DNA of 62,604 bases, filler included, from Sphacelaria rigidula (GCA_964200075.2; 11 parts of 11 records of this genome joined end to end with filler, not necessarily neighbours in it); one strand, 5' to 3'; positions 26,267-38,980 are shown, counted from the whole stretch's first letter. The notes: a model not told the origin generated them from the sequence alone. Made by a program: numbers and translations.

Positions 26267-26561
26267 TTTTCGTGAAACTGAGAGTTGAAGGTACGATTGA
26301 GAGTGAAAAGCGGTCAATTAGTTAATAAGCCGTTTCAGTTCCGAAATGCACCTCCACCAGGCCCAATATTCTCTCTGTACAATAGTAGCTTGCCACTGAG
26401 GCCCTCGATACCCCTGAGTAGGATATCAACGTGTAGCTGTAAGCATATGGCAGTGACAAGACGACGAAAAGCACACACGGAATAAAAAATCGGCCAAGTT
26501 AAAGCGAATGATCAAAGCCACTCTCAATCCGCACCCGACTCTCAATCTCACGAAAACCTTG
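26267..26561 (-). mobile_element. hAT-like MITE family copy
   Basis: Imperfect ~38-bp TIRs (TTTTCGTGA...TTGAGAGTG); reverse complement of 39237-39528. Confidence 0.78.
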
Positions 26562-27436
26562 TCAAATGTTGACTCTTCAGCCAAACCACCACATGTCTTC
26601 GAATTCAATGAACAGTAAGTAGAATGACTTTCGGTTGACCACGGTTACGCAAACCCGTCATGATATTCGCGATGGATCACTGATGATTGTAAGATTATGA
26701 GCGCCACGTCAGTGATTTGGGAAGCGATGGAAGACGAGCAGCAGTCTCTCACAACCCTGCCATCCTGGTCCGTACCGGATGGGGGGGGGGAGGGGGGTGA
26801 TGAACACGAAACGTCAACAACCTTCGCGCTCTCTCATCCCACGTCGCCCCATTCTCCTCCACGACGTCAACTAGACTTTCTCCTTCACTTATGGGGCACA
26901 AATAACAAATTACCCGCCGTTGCCTTAATCGAATACTCACTAGGTGCTGCACGTTCACCTGCTGGTGAAAAGTGGTCGAGCGTGAAGATCTCAGTCCTAT
27001 GCTCGAGTTTTTCCGTCATATTCCATCACAAGGAGGCGTGTTGTTCATGACACCCATGAACGTTTTGATGCCCGAGGCAATACATTGCATTTCGCACGAC
27101 ATGCTCACCAGTATGTTGACAGCTTGCTGTTATTACCGGGCGAAAGTGAAAGTACAGACGTGTGTCATGATATATTTCGCCCATGGACGCCCTTGTTTGA
27201 AGCAGCTGGCTTGATCAGCTCTCCCTACTCCACCCCTTCACTCGGGATGGCTTCATGCATGCCAAGTGTATGCAGCCTTTGAACGTTCTTGACGTAAAAA
27301 ATGACAAGCGGTTTAACATTATTTAATTCAAGCTATGAGTTCAGTTAAATGCAGATGTTACCAGGTGGGCGCGAACCGTTTGAACAGCACACCAGATAGT
27401 AGGACGGAAAAAATCACTTTGAAGTGCGTTGTTGAC

Positions 27437-27582
27437 ATGAGTGTCTTACGACGATACTTGGCTCTGGCCATGGGTCTTCTTGTATGTACTTCGAGATCCC
27501 ATGCCTTCGTGCATTCGCGTTCCGGCGTTCGACACACCCCGTTTCGGTCTTCGAGCACTCCGAGCGTATCTCCCAAAGCGAG
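27437..27582 (+). CDS. Putative first exon of a plastid-targeted protein
   Basis: MSVLRRYLALAMGLLVCTSRSHA|FVHSRSGVRHTPFRSSSTPSVSPKAR then AG|gtatga donor: signal peptide, A|F motif, Ser/Arg-rich transit-like segment. Confidence 0.5.
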
Positions 27583-28404
27583 GTATGACTGAATCGTACG
27601 GTGTTGAGAGGTCTGTCGTATTCGATATCTTGGAGATGGCAGCGGCGGCGGTGGCTCTGGCCACACCCCTTCATCCAGCATACTCCCGACTGCTTTGCTG
27701 TCGGGGCAAGTTTCATCAATTTGTTCCGATAAGCCAGGATCTTTCAGGACTTCAAGAGTCTTGTTGTCTCCAACATGAGCAGAGGATCAAACCGACCTGG
27801 GCGTTATTTCCCCGTAAAGTTTTGTTTTGTGGTCCGAGGGCACGGCAATGTGTTTTCTGGTGAGGTGCCTGAGCAGCAAGTGTTCGGGTAGGTGGTACCT
27901 TGTAAATATGTACCCACGAGCAGTCGTTGTGTGTTTGTAGATCTTCCTCGGTGGTTACAGTCGCTTCATCCCCCTTCCAAGATTCACTCGCCCTCACGTG
28001 CAACTTCTTACTTCTTCACCATGTCCGATGCTCAACCCACGACACACAGTGCGTGCGTGGGGACCATCTTTTTTATGAGAACCAAATTTCCATTCCAAGA
28101 TGGTGAAATGGTGCACACGCAAGTGCTAAAAGATCTCGACTGAGTCGTCCGTATCGGCGGCGGAGCTGCAGCGCAGTACCATTAGCAACAACACAATAAT
28201 CTGAGTAATTTTGGCATTCCGTGGCGTTCGAACTTTGCATTGGGGCCCATTACCGGTGCATAGCCAGGGCAACACACCAGTTGCAACGGAGGACACGTTT
28301 TGATCCAAAGGGCGAGACGGCCCATGAGTATTCAGTGTTTCGCCGGGGGTTAGTGTCACGTTTCCCACCACCACCCCCAAAATGAAGACGCGACGGAGTC
28401 TAAG

Positions 28405-28504
28405 NNNNNNNNNNNNNNNNNNNNNNNNNNNNNNNNNNNNNNNNNNNNTTAATTAATTAANNNNNNNNNNNNNNNNNNNNNNNNNNNNNNNNNNNNNNNN
28501 NNNN
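28405..28504. other. Artificial contig spacer
   Basis: Same 100-bp linker. Confidence 0.99.
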
Positions 28505-29160
28505 CGGGAAAGCTCGACGAGCGCGAGCGAGTTAGCCCGATGACGAAGTCTGAGAGTCTTGGTCAAGAGTGATCCCCAGGGATAGCCAGCAGTTCGCTGG
28601 GAAGATCCCTGTTACGTTGGGGTCCCAGATCCGGCTGTACAGATATGGAAGTTTCGGGGCTCCTCCGAACTTTCCCCTGTAACAGCCGTTCACTAGGCTA
28701 CACGTCATAAAAGGAAATCTCTCCGCACATGCCCAAATGGCGATCTCCACAATTATAAGAAGTGGCCTTTTATAAGAAATTAAGTGGGAAAAATATGTTT
28801 TTTTGCGATTTTCTCGATCACCACAACTCCTTTCGTTCCACAACCTTTCCAGCTTGTAGCTTGGACAAATACACGCCGGTGAGTAGCCTAGGTACGCCGT
28901 GATTCGTAGCCCGGGACAACGAAAATGGGAAATAATCGAGTGTAAACCCTACTCAAATCACAAGTCCTTGGGGGGATTTTACGTCGTGCATAATCAGGGG
29001 ATACACGAGATCTCCGGTCTGTTTGTGCTTTTGGTCGGTGACGCTTTCTTGGCTCATTTTGGGGGGTCAGGCGCGCCCATAACTGTGTTAGATCGTCGCA
29101 CACAACTATGAGTCCATTTTTTCGTGGAATCAACCCCCGCGCGCCCATCTATCGTAGGAT

Positions 29161-29393
29161 CACTCTCCTGTGTGACACTGCCTCCAGACGCCACACTGTG
29201 AACACGAGGTTGTGAAGGCACTTCAGTGTGTGGCAGAATCCTCGGTGAGGCCGAGCTTGAAAGGTTCGTCAAAAAGTTTATCAGTCCCAACAGCCTCGCC
29301 GATGAACAATTTGCCCGATGCTTCCTTGACTTCCTCCATAGAGGGCTCGGCCGCGAGTGCTGCGTTCCCCGGCCACTGTTCGATGGCTTCGAT
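29161..29393 (-). pseudogene. Non-LTR (RTE-like LINE) RT N-terminal relic
   Basis: IEQWPGNAALAAEPSMEEVKEASGKL..GEAVGTDKLFDEPFKLG...(frameshift)LKCLHNLVFTVWRLEAV fits LINE PT.EEV..A...L..GKA.G.D...E..K...L..L...IW pattern. Confidence 0.6.
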
Positions 29394-30335
29394 TTATGTC
29401 ATTTAATTCAATGCGTTCTATTTAATTCAATGGAGAGGTTGGGCGTCAAGCCGGACGCGAGAAACAGCCAGACCGAGATCGAGGTCGCGCCACATAACAG
29501 TTGCAAGCTCAGGCACGACTTCGGGGCCCAGCGCCTGGTGAAGCTTCTACTGTACATATTAGGTGAGAGTACATCATACGTTCTTTGCAAAACCGGAAGA
29601 GTTGTGTTGTGCTCTACAATCTTCTGTAGTCTTTCCGCACCTGTGTTGACTGTGTTTTCATGCTGTTCCCAACGCCTGTGCAAGCGCCGCAGGGAGGCAG
29701 TATAGTATTAAACTACCTCCCCGGGCTCGTGTATCGTGAATCTTGAAATGAGAATGCCAGAGAGAGGATCCGTACGATGAGCCAGCAGCAGCACTCACTT
29801 ATCCGGGCATTCGCAGGAACTACTGCACAGCACAGACGGCACATTACAGTACAGCCTACTTCACTGGAGATGATCCTCAGTGCTCAAAACCCCGTACATG
29901 TAGCCTCAGCAGGGCCGTACATGGTGCACGCTGTCGCTTTAGATCAATTCTCCCTACCAATACACTCTGCGGACTATGCTGTGGATACCGTTCCTGCGCT
30001 ATCGTTGAGTTGGGCTTGGAGCTACTCGTCTAGGGTCACGCGAAGAGCGTGGACAATATTGCCGTAAAATACTGTTCTGAAAATACCATGACGACCAGCA
30101 GCACCCAGTATCACGCGTCGTTTAGTGTCACGTTTTTTACCACCCCTTTTGAGAAACAAAAGACGGTGCAGTCATCAGACTCGATGAAGCATGAAATCAC
30201 GCTATAATGGACTCCAAAGTATGGGAAATGTCGATTGCTCTCTCGTCCGAGAACTCCAGCTCAATTACACTTCGGAGCACACAAAATGACGAATAGTATT
30301 TCTCAACCGCGGGCAGAACAGGTACTGATAAGGGT

Positions 30336-31302
30336 GTTGAAAACTGCCTTTTTGGCCCTTTTACGTCGTTTTACGCCCGAAAGAGGGAGAAGTGTATGCT
30401 GTCACACCTTGGGATAGCTTGCTCTAGTCGGTGAGATCGTTCCAAGGCACTTTTGTGTCGTCCGGTGGCCACAGTTTCTGTTTTGGCCAAATTTGCATTT
30501 CCAACAACAAAAGGTGAAGTCATGAAAAAAAAAGAACACTTCCGCCAGTTTTTGAATCACTTGGCCGTTTTTTACTCACTGAAAATGCAAGTTCGGCAAA
30601 AAAAAACTGTGGCTATCGGAAAACACAAAGATGCCCTGGAACGGTCTCACCGACTAGAGCAAGTCATTTCAAGTTGTCAACATCCGCCTAGCTCTCTTTC
30701 GGGCGAAAAACAAAGGAAAAGGGACCCCGATTCCCCGGAAAAAACCCTCGACAGTGGCGCCATACGCCGCAAACTCAATCTGATAATCTTCAAACCCAAT
30801 CCAATCCGATAAAACGCCAAAGGAAGGGGTGGGCGGGAAAAATCTCAGACAACATCGATTCGCGATGCTGTCGCCAACTGATGGTCGCACCACACCCGTC
30901 TCCCGGATCTCACAAAACTCGACTTCAACCCAGACACCATTATTGTCACTTCATCGTGGATGCACTTGCCCTTGCACCTTACTGCTTCTCTCACACTGAG
31001 CTGACTCACCTGGTTCATCACACAGGCAATCTTGCATGTCAATGTGTTCTGAAATGGCTTCTGAATACTGCAACCACTACAAACATCTAGGAAAATTCGT
31101 CCCGCTTCTGCACAAAACATCGATTCTTCTCTAACACAGAATCGAGCCTTTTGGCAAAAAAAAATTGTGGCCACCGGAGAACACAAAGGTGCCCTGGAAT
31201 GGTCTCACCGACTAGAGCAAGTCATTTCAAGTTGTCTACATCCGCCTAGCCCTCTTTCGGGCGGAAAACAACGGAAAATGACCAAAAAGGCCGTTCCGAC
31301 AG
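30336..31302. mobile_element. Foldback element (arms ~30336-30491 and ~30592-30722) plus an extra arm (~31149-31302)
   Basis: Inverted arms containing CTCTAGTCGGTGAGA / TCTCACCGACTAGAG; arms homologous to those at 60275-61447. Confidence 0.75.
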
Positions 31303-32569
31303 ATTAATTTATTGAAACATGAAAAGTGAACTTGGACCATTTGGGGGGGCACAAATTTGTACATGTTCAAATATGAGGATTTCGGCCAGTCTCTGGGCGA
31401 TTTTCTCCCGTGGATTGAGTTTACGGCCCCCAGTTCGTTGGGCAACGTTTCTCGACCAGCTATGAGAAAACCAGATCGATTCTCCGACTCTCTGCACGTT
31501 GACGTTTGGTGTGGCACCTTTCTCTTCAACTCGTGAGAGACACTAGCGAATGCGTGTGCGAAAGGGACAAAGTTGCGTAGATCTGTATTTGGTACACGCA
31601 TATTCGAGAGTGTCTCGATCTGAGCAGCAAGGTGACACACGAAAAGCCCACGTCCAGAGAGCCGGAATAATGAACTGGTTTTTCACAGCTAGTCGACAAG
31701 CATTGCCCAGCAGACTGGGGTCAGCAAAACCAATCGACGGGAGAATGGGTACAAACCCGAATCTGCGAAAACCCCCATCTGTGCAAAATCAGGGCGACTC
31801 ATTTTGAAAGTCGGATTCGCATGAGGCCGAATATATGGTTTTACGGATTTGTTGAAAATGGTTCTGTACACGGAGGAACATTCCCTGCAGGAGCGTGGTA
31901 TCGCTCTCTAGTGAAGCCTGAGAACAGGCAGGCGGTGCTTCATCCTTCAAGTACACTATCGCACCGTGCTACAGTACCCCCACGGTATATTACAGTGCGC
32001 CCTACACTCCATCATCACAGTACACGACAATGACGTGCTGTAATACACGACAGTACAGTGAGTACTGTAGAACAGTGGGCGACAAGAGTACAGTACGAAT
32101 GCAGTGCCGTTTATCACCCTGCAAGTTCGTCGGCAACAAACAGGCGGACAATTCATCAGCATTCGCTGTGGTGATCCGCACGCCGTCCAGTTCGGTATAG
32201 TACCATCGCCGCAGGGCACGGCATAACACTTGTCATCCGCTTGTCGAACCCCGTGTGCACCACCGTTGCCACGGCGCGGTCCCAGCAGCTGGCGCAGGTA
32301 GGCACGGTCTGTGCTGTCACGAGACTGCTGCTGCGCTTCCAAAACGTTTGAACGCCTCTTGTCTTACTATCGTGCGCCATTGTACGTGCGTCATCTTCCT
32401 GCAGCTTTGGAGAACCTCAGCTTTCCCCCGATCTTTAGCGCATATTCGGAAAATCACGATGTCAGTTCCCTCGATTTTCGTACAGATCGAGATTTGTGTC
32501 GCCATCAAAGCTAGACTTATCCCCGCCCGGGTCAACCCAGTTTCCCTCCAGCCGGGGATCAAATCACTC

Positions 32570-33365
32570 TATCCCTTCTCTAGACACGATGGGGGTTGTG
32601 ATCTACCGTATTTTCCAGTGACGCAGGCATTTAAACACGAATGGCGATGCCCCTGAACACGCAGGGGGCATCTTGAAGACATGTCTAGCACATACTGTTC
32701 CCATGTGACCCCATCCTCCTCTAACCTCCTTTCCCGGGGATGAACTGAACACATGCCCTTCCAGAACAATCTCAGCGGTTAAGAGGTGTTATCAGACGTC
32801 GAGTCATTTTCGGTTGGAATACAACAAATCTGAACACGTGACCGCTACCAATAGGAAGCGAGCAATTTACCCCCATCAAGTGACACATGTCGTTTTTTCA
32901 TCACGGGGTTACGGACATCACGGGGAAGATCTTGTTCCATTCCCTCGCTGAACATGCGCAGGGATCCTCATGCACCGACTAGGGCATACTGGGTACAAAT
33001 GGTGATGCCCCTGAACACACAGCAGGTATTGTCAAACCGCATCCACCCCACCTTACCACGTTACAACCCCTGCCCCTCCTCGCCGGGTATAAAATTAACT
33101 TATCCCCTACCTGCACGATCTCAGCGGCAAAGGGGGTGTTATTCGACGTGCGAGCTACTTGCGGCTGGACAGCGGTGAGTCTGAAAACGTGACCGGTACC
33201 AATAGAGAGCCCACAACGTACCCTAACTCATTATTGTCCTCGTTGTAGCTAACGGGGCTACAGACACCACGGAGGAGCTGTTGTCTCACCCGCTCCCTAC
33301 TTACGTGCTGGGATCATGATCTACCTTAGGGACTCGTTGATTGGCGATGCCCCTGGACACGCGAG
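32570..33365. repeat. Degenerate tandem repeat, ~350-bp unit, ~2.3 copies
   Basis: GG(C/T)GATGCCCCTG(A/G)ACAC at 32643, 33001, 33343; ATCTCAGCGG and ACGTGACCG.TACCAATAG repeat at the same spacing. Confidence 0.7.
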
Positions 33366-34104
33366 TGGTCACTCAAATGTATGCATCTTTCCAGCTGATT
33401 CGGGACAAGCTGGCCGATGACTATCACCCAATATTGTGTCATCTGCAAAAACGCGGGATTTCATAAATTGAGCATGCGTTCTTTTTTTTAGGATGAACCT
33501 TGGAAACCGTCATGAGCGGCAAACTATTTTTGAAGTAGATATGCGAATGCAATCTCCAGCCGTGATTTGTGACCTAGCTTATCTTCGAAAGAATCCATCC
33601 GCGGGTCGTGAAACCTCGTGTTGATACCAAACAATATCGATTTCGGTTTATCCCCCTACAAACATGTTTTTATTTGTCAGTTCTCCCTTTTAACACGGGA
33701 TTTTACACACAGCGAATGACGTCGTGTTTGAAGATGAGGAATTTTCATCCTTAATGAAGAATCCATCCTCGCTTGGTAACTTTCAAGATCGAATTCCTTC
33801 CGCATTACCTACCCAATAGTCGCATACATGGTATCATATCGGCCGTGATGAAGAAACAAAGAGGTTGATGGCGGGGTTTGTGTTCAAGGCCATAGCAGTG
33901 GCGCTAAGGGCAAAAAGTAGGGTCCGGTGCTGGCGCGTAGCGCCAGCACCAGGTAAACTGGCTGCGGAGAGCAGCCAGTTCACTGGGTCCTATCAGTACA
34001 TTGGTGTCGCGGCGAAGCCGCGACCACCGCCCCCCCCCCCCCGGCTGGTGAGGTCCGGCGAGAACCCGGCGTGCTCCGTCCCGGCTTTGTAGGGGCGGAC
34101 CCCC

Positions 34105-34204
34105 NNNNNNNNNNNNNNNNNNNNNNNNNNNNNNNNNNNNNNNNNNNNTTAATTAATTAANNNNNNNNNNNNNNNNNNNNNNNNNNNNNNNNNNNNNNNN
34201 NNNN
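34105..34204. other. Artificial contig spacer
   Basis: Same 100-bp linker. Confidence 0.99.
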
Positions 34205-34217
34205 TTATCGTAGTGCC

Positions 34218-34527
34218 GCCGCGCCCCGGTGGTGTAATGGTCCGACTGTCGCCATTAGGGTGGAAAGAACGGGGGTTCGATTCCCGATGCGTTGGGTTCT
34301 TCTTCGTAATGTCTGATTTCCACCGTGGGAAGCGTGAGGACGTGAGTGAACAAAGTAGTCGACTGGGTGTGTGTGACGTGAGTTGACGCGGTGCGGAAGT
34401 GGTGACCCAATCCGCGAGATCAAAATGAAAGGCACGCACCGGGGGAGAGATGGGTTGATCCCTTGCGACCACGGACTCATCCTGGGGAAGGGGAGGGGTT
34501 CAAAGTGTGAGGAATAATAAAACAAAA
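34218..34527 (+). mobile_element. tRNA-derived SINE (~310 bp)
   Basis: A box TGGTGTAATGG (34230-34240), B box GGTTCGATTCCC (34274-34285), A-rich tail; full-length second copy at 60747-61051. Confidence 0.85.
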
Positions 34528-35114
34528 TGGCGCTAGCACCGGTGGAAAGATATTGGCATTTTGGTGTCTCTGATTTCCGACATCGATAAATCGCGAGGCA
34601 TCAGTGACGATCAATGTGTATTGGTACCGATATACCGTGCCACCAATCTAATCGAATGGCACGCATGAATGCATTCGCTGCGAATCCGACTGGGGTTACA
34701 AGGGAGGTATACCCAATGTGAACGAAGGGAAACACTTGCTACACAAAACTCGATAAACGGAGGAACGATGACAAGAAAAGATCAACATTGTTCAAAGGAA
34801 TTGAGGTCCGTCCGCACCTCAGATCAAAAACATATCAAAAGTTGGTTTCAGGGAACAACGGTTCGTATCCATCTCTCCGCCTGTACACAGACTGTGAACA
34901 TTGTTCAGGGGTCTGCATATGCTGCCAACCTCGAGAGCGCAACAGCTGAACGCATTACAGCTGAGAACCATCCACGAGTCAAGATCTTCGCACAAACCGC
35001 AAGTGAGGAAACCGTTGGGAAAAGTTGTACGGTACTTGGCAGATTTGGACATGGTGTGAGCTGTGCATTGCACGTATGTACTGTCTGGAGAATACCGATA
35101 CAGCATTACGGTGA

Positions 35115-35372
35115 GACTAATGCCGAGATAGCCCCTCCACAAAAAGTGCACCAGAGACCTTCCGTCAAACCGGCTGCGATCTCACTATGGGGCTCGTTCG
35201 CAGCAATTTCGCCCACATGAGAGGCGTGTAGCAGTCCGAAATCAGCTATAACGTCCAAATGAGTAGCGTCGTGCAGCTCGAAACCAGCTCTAACGACATT
35301 TGTGAACATTCCCTCCGTGCACTTTCTTGGCAGATTCGGGGGAGGAGGGGGGGGGCTATTTCGGCAGCAGTC
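35115..35372. mobile_element. MITE, GAC-ended group (subfamily B)
   Basis: TIRs GACTAATGCCGAGATAGCCCC / GGGGCTATTTCGGCAGCAGTC; perfect 4-bp TSD GTGA; inverted copy at 55865-56112. Confidence 0.87.
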
Positions 35373-36374
35373 GTGATAATGCTGTCACGGGGGATGGGAG
35401 TACGGAAGGTGTCCAGAAAGAGGTTCCAGAACAGTGCTGCAGAATATTCCGCGAGTATTTTCCGAGTAGTGTCTGGAAAGATGACGCCCCCGGCGGGTCC
35501 GCCTTTTTTCGATTCCATCACGATCCCATGTGGCAACTATCTTGCTCAACAAAACGAACGATGCACCGCAAGGGAGTGCGCCACGACCACTCATCACCTC
35601 ACAAGTTCACATGCTAGTCAGGGTCGGCGAGCATGAAGACCGACCCACGCACGCTGCTTATCTGGACGGGCGCTCGTAGGCACTCACGAGAGACGTGGGA
35701 AGCATGAACATTAGGGTGAGCTGGCAAGGAATAATGCTCTCTGCTCGAAAGGACGACGCCGAACCGGGCGTACAGACGGTGAAGACAACAACGAACCACC
35801 GTAGGGTGTACGAAACGCAGAAACGCAACACACAGGCCTTGCGTTTCTTCTGGCACGGGACATAAGGGGGTCAACAGCAGAAATAGTCGCACGATGTGAG
35901 TACAGCGGCAATACCGAGGGTGGGGAAGCCTGGCTGGAGTTCGAATGGATATACGGAGGACCTGCGCATGAAAGGGCGCCAAGAATCGCCAAAGCAGAGG
36001 AAACAAAGTGGGAACCCTACTGATTGGGATCAAAGAGGCGCTACCGCAGCTCTTCCTCCAACTAACGACGAAGCCAGGGATGGCGTACGATCAGCCTCAG
36101 CCACATACCCGACTTCAGACGTGAAGCTCCGCGACGAAGCGGTTGCATTTCCATCGAGAAGTGACCACAACAAGGCCGACTCGGGGCTCGATATCAATCA
36201 ATGCGCGTGCTGCTTGCGGCGAATCATCGGCGGCGGGCATGCCACTCGCACTTAAACGGCAAACCATCGTTACACGACCGCCGGGGATCAACCCAGCAAG
36301 ACACTCCCCACCGCCGGTGTGAAGAACTAGCCATGTATCTGACGACTGACAGTCGCACAGAGGTCTAAACTCCC

Positions 36375-38980
36375 TACGACTCAGGGGCGAACGTTGACGT
36401 GACCCCGAGCACACATGGTCTCATCCCGAGAGGTACGGTCAACCGTAGCTGCACATTCGGGAACGAAGGGCAGCTGCGGACACAAGCTATGAGAGACTCA
36501 CCTCCGCAAGTGACAGTTCCGGGGAAAGAGGCACCATTGTCATCAACGCTAGAAGACGTCCCTCCAGTCTCTGAACTACCTTGCCGGCTCTTGGGGGCCA
36601 GGGGAATTTGTCTTAACGGAGGAGAGTTCCTGGACTCCGGGTCCAAGAATTGTCACATTCGATTCGACAAAGACTGGTGAAAAACATTCCTATTCGAGAA
36701 GAGCGTGGTTCTCAACGATACCAGCAACTGTGCGGACAGAGAACAGCAGTCAGGCATCGGAGCATGCATCATTTGCGAATAAGAAACAGCACCTGACGTT
36801 GAAGGAGTGGCACGGCGTCTCGGGGCCATTTTGATCCGGTCGCCATTGAATATCCAAAGAAACGTGGCCATGGGCGTAACCGACACGACTATGGAAACGG
36901 ACATGCGGTGACCGGTATGCCGCGAGTGCAGGTCACAAGCGCTTTCGCACGGCAGAGGAAGTCGTTGTTCCAGCATTCCGAGGGAAGTTGTACACACAGA
37001 TCTGGAAGGACATTTTCACCCGGACGTTACCGGCGTGAAGTACCTTCGAGTGTTCGTGAACGATGCACCCACGACAATGGATGCAGCCACGGATGCAGCA
37101 ACCGATTACATCCGCAAAGTTCTCGCGGAAAAGCGTTGCTATAAAGTGCACCAGCTGCGGCGGTGATGGTGAACTTGAAATGAAAAGATACTTCAAATCC
37201 CAAGGTATGCTGGCGAATCGGCGGAGAAGTTCACCGCCTCGGACACCACAATCACAATGGGACAGCTAAAGGGTTAATCCAATAGCTCATGAGGACAGCA
37301 CGCAGTCAACTCGCTGAAGCAGGCAGAGGAAAGAACTGCTGACCCTTCGCTGTGGCAGATTCCGCATTCAAGACAGTGGGAATGCCGCACGAATATCTCG
37401 GGGGGAAAACTCCATATGAGCAGCTGACGGAGAGCCCGCTCAACTACGATCGCCTCCAGATGTGAGGAACAAACTATTTCACGCACCGGCATCAGCAACA
37501 ACGATAAGCAGGCTCCACGTTCCACCCGTGCGTAAAACGCGGGGTAGTGGTTGGGCATGACCGCTCATGACAGGTCTGGTACGCGGGGCTGATACAGGAC
37601 AACAGACTCGTGAAGTCGCCACACGTTACGGTCGAATACGAAGACAGGATTCTGGACATGGTGGGGGGGCTGAAGGCTATCCAGTTAAGCGACGATGAGA
37701 ACGAACAACAGACAGTGAGGAAATCAGCAGAGGACGAAGGCGATGATGATGATTTGAGTGGACAGCGAGAGGACCCGACATTTTCAAAGCGTTCCTCTCC
37801 GGACAAAGGACTGCGCAGGTCTAGTGGAGAGACGCAATGACCCCAACCGAATAATTAACATGAACGATCCAGGAGCTGTGACGACAGCAACTCCGACAAT
37901 GGGAATGCCCGCGCCCCTTTAATCGAAAACCAGGAAGACAATACATTCTTCATGATGGGACTGATAGGCGACATCGGCGCTGAACCAGGAGAACCGTAGA
38001 TCAATCATCAAAGAAGCTTTGCCAGGACTAGATGCGGACGCGTGGCGCCAGGCTATGGAGGGAGGAAGAGCTCAATAGTCTCAAGGAAAAAAGCCATCTT
38101 TTGCGACGAGCACTCCCCATCAAACGAACGACCAGTCAAGATGCGCTTCCTTTCCGAACTCAACATGAGGCAAATGGGAACACTTCGAACAACCCAAGGC
38201 ACCTCTTCGCAAAGGGCTTCACTCAAAGCTTCGGGGAGGATCCCTTTCGGAATTTTCAGCCCAGTCATCGTTTTGGATGTAGTGCGCAGTCCTCACCATT
38301 GCCGCCATGCGAGGATGGAAACTTTGAGCACTTCGAGTATGCCTACTTGGATGCCGCACTCTCGTAAGATACATGGCTGGAACTTCCTGATGGAAACTTC
38401 GTCAAGGCACTCAGCACCATCTATGATTCAAAGTAATCGACATTGGAATGGTGCAAGGAGCTACACAAAGCAATTCTTAGCGGCGGATGGAAGAGTAGCG
38501 AGTACGGCGGGTGCATGTACTACTCCCGCGCGGAAGTTGGGTGGATTTCCGTGCTCGTGACATGTGTGGACGGCATCCTTCTGACCAGGAACCACGGGGA
38601 GGGAAAGCAATAGATGGCCGATCACATGAAAAAAAGGCACACAGGAAGAGACTTGGATGTACCGGCCAAGCTAATTGGCATTCACCCAACAGTGACGAAC
38701 CAAGGCACAAGGCTTGGACCCAAAACCTTTTCGATAACACCGTCGTCATCGAATGAATGGGCTCCATCGATACGCACTCAGTCTCGACACCGCTCTATCC
38801 GCGAATAAACCCATCGACAAGGCAAGACCATGAAGGGGAACTGGACAGTTTACGTTTCCCCTACGCGAGATCTTCGGGGGAAGCTCACGCTCCTGGCAGG
38901 AAAGACGAGACCAAATATCTCCTGCAGCGTTCGAGAGCTTAGTCGACGAGTCGTGTCCCCGTGCGTCCGACACATGCGGT
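36375..38980 (+). pseudogene. Heavily degenerate Ty1/copia pol (PR-INT-RT order)
   Basis: YDSGANVDVT (protease); EVVHTDLEG and SPPRTPQS..G (integrase); WREEELNSLKEK, AKGFTQSFGED, AYLDAAL, CVDGILLT, TRPNISCSVRELSR (RT); many stops and frameshifts. Confidence 0.8.

Noticed and set aside
29440..32400. Minus-strand candidate exons (~32205-32400, ~31845-31917, ~29440-29547)
   Set aside because: Frame ambiguous and no homology; not supportable
34218..34295. tRNA gene
   Set aside because: A/B boxes are present but there is no convincing cloverleaf, and the head continues into a 230-bp body shared with another copy, so it is a SINE
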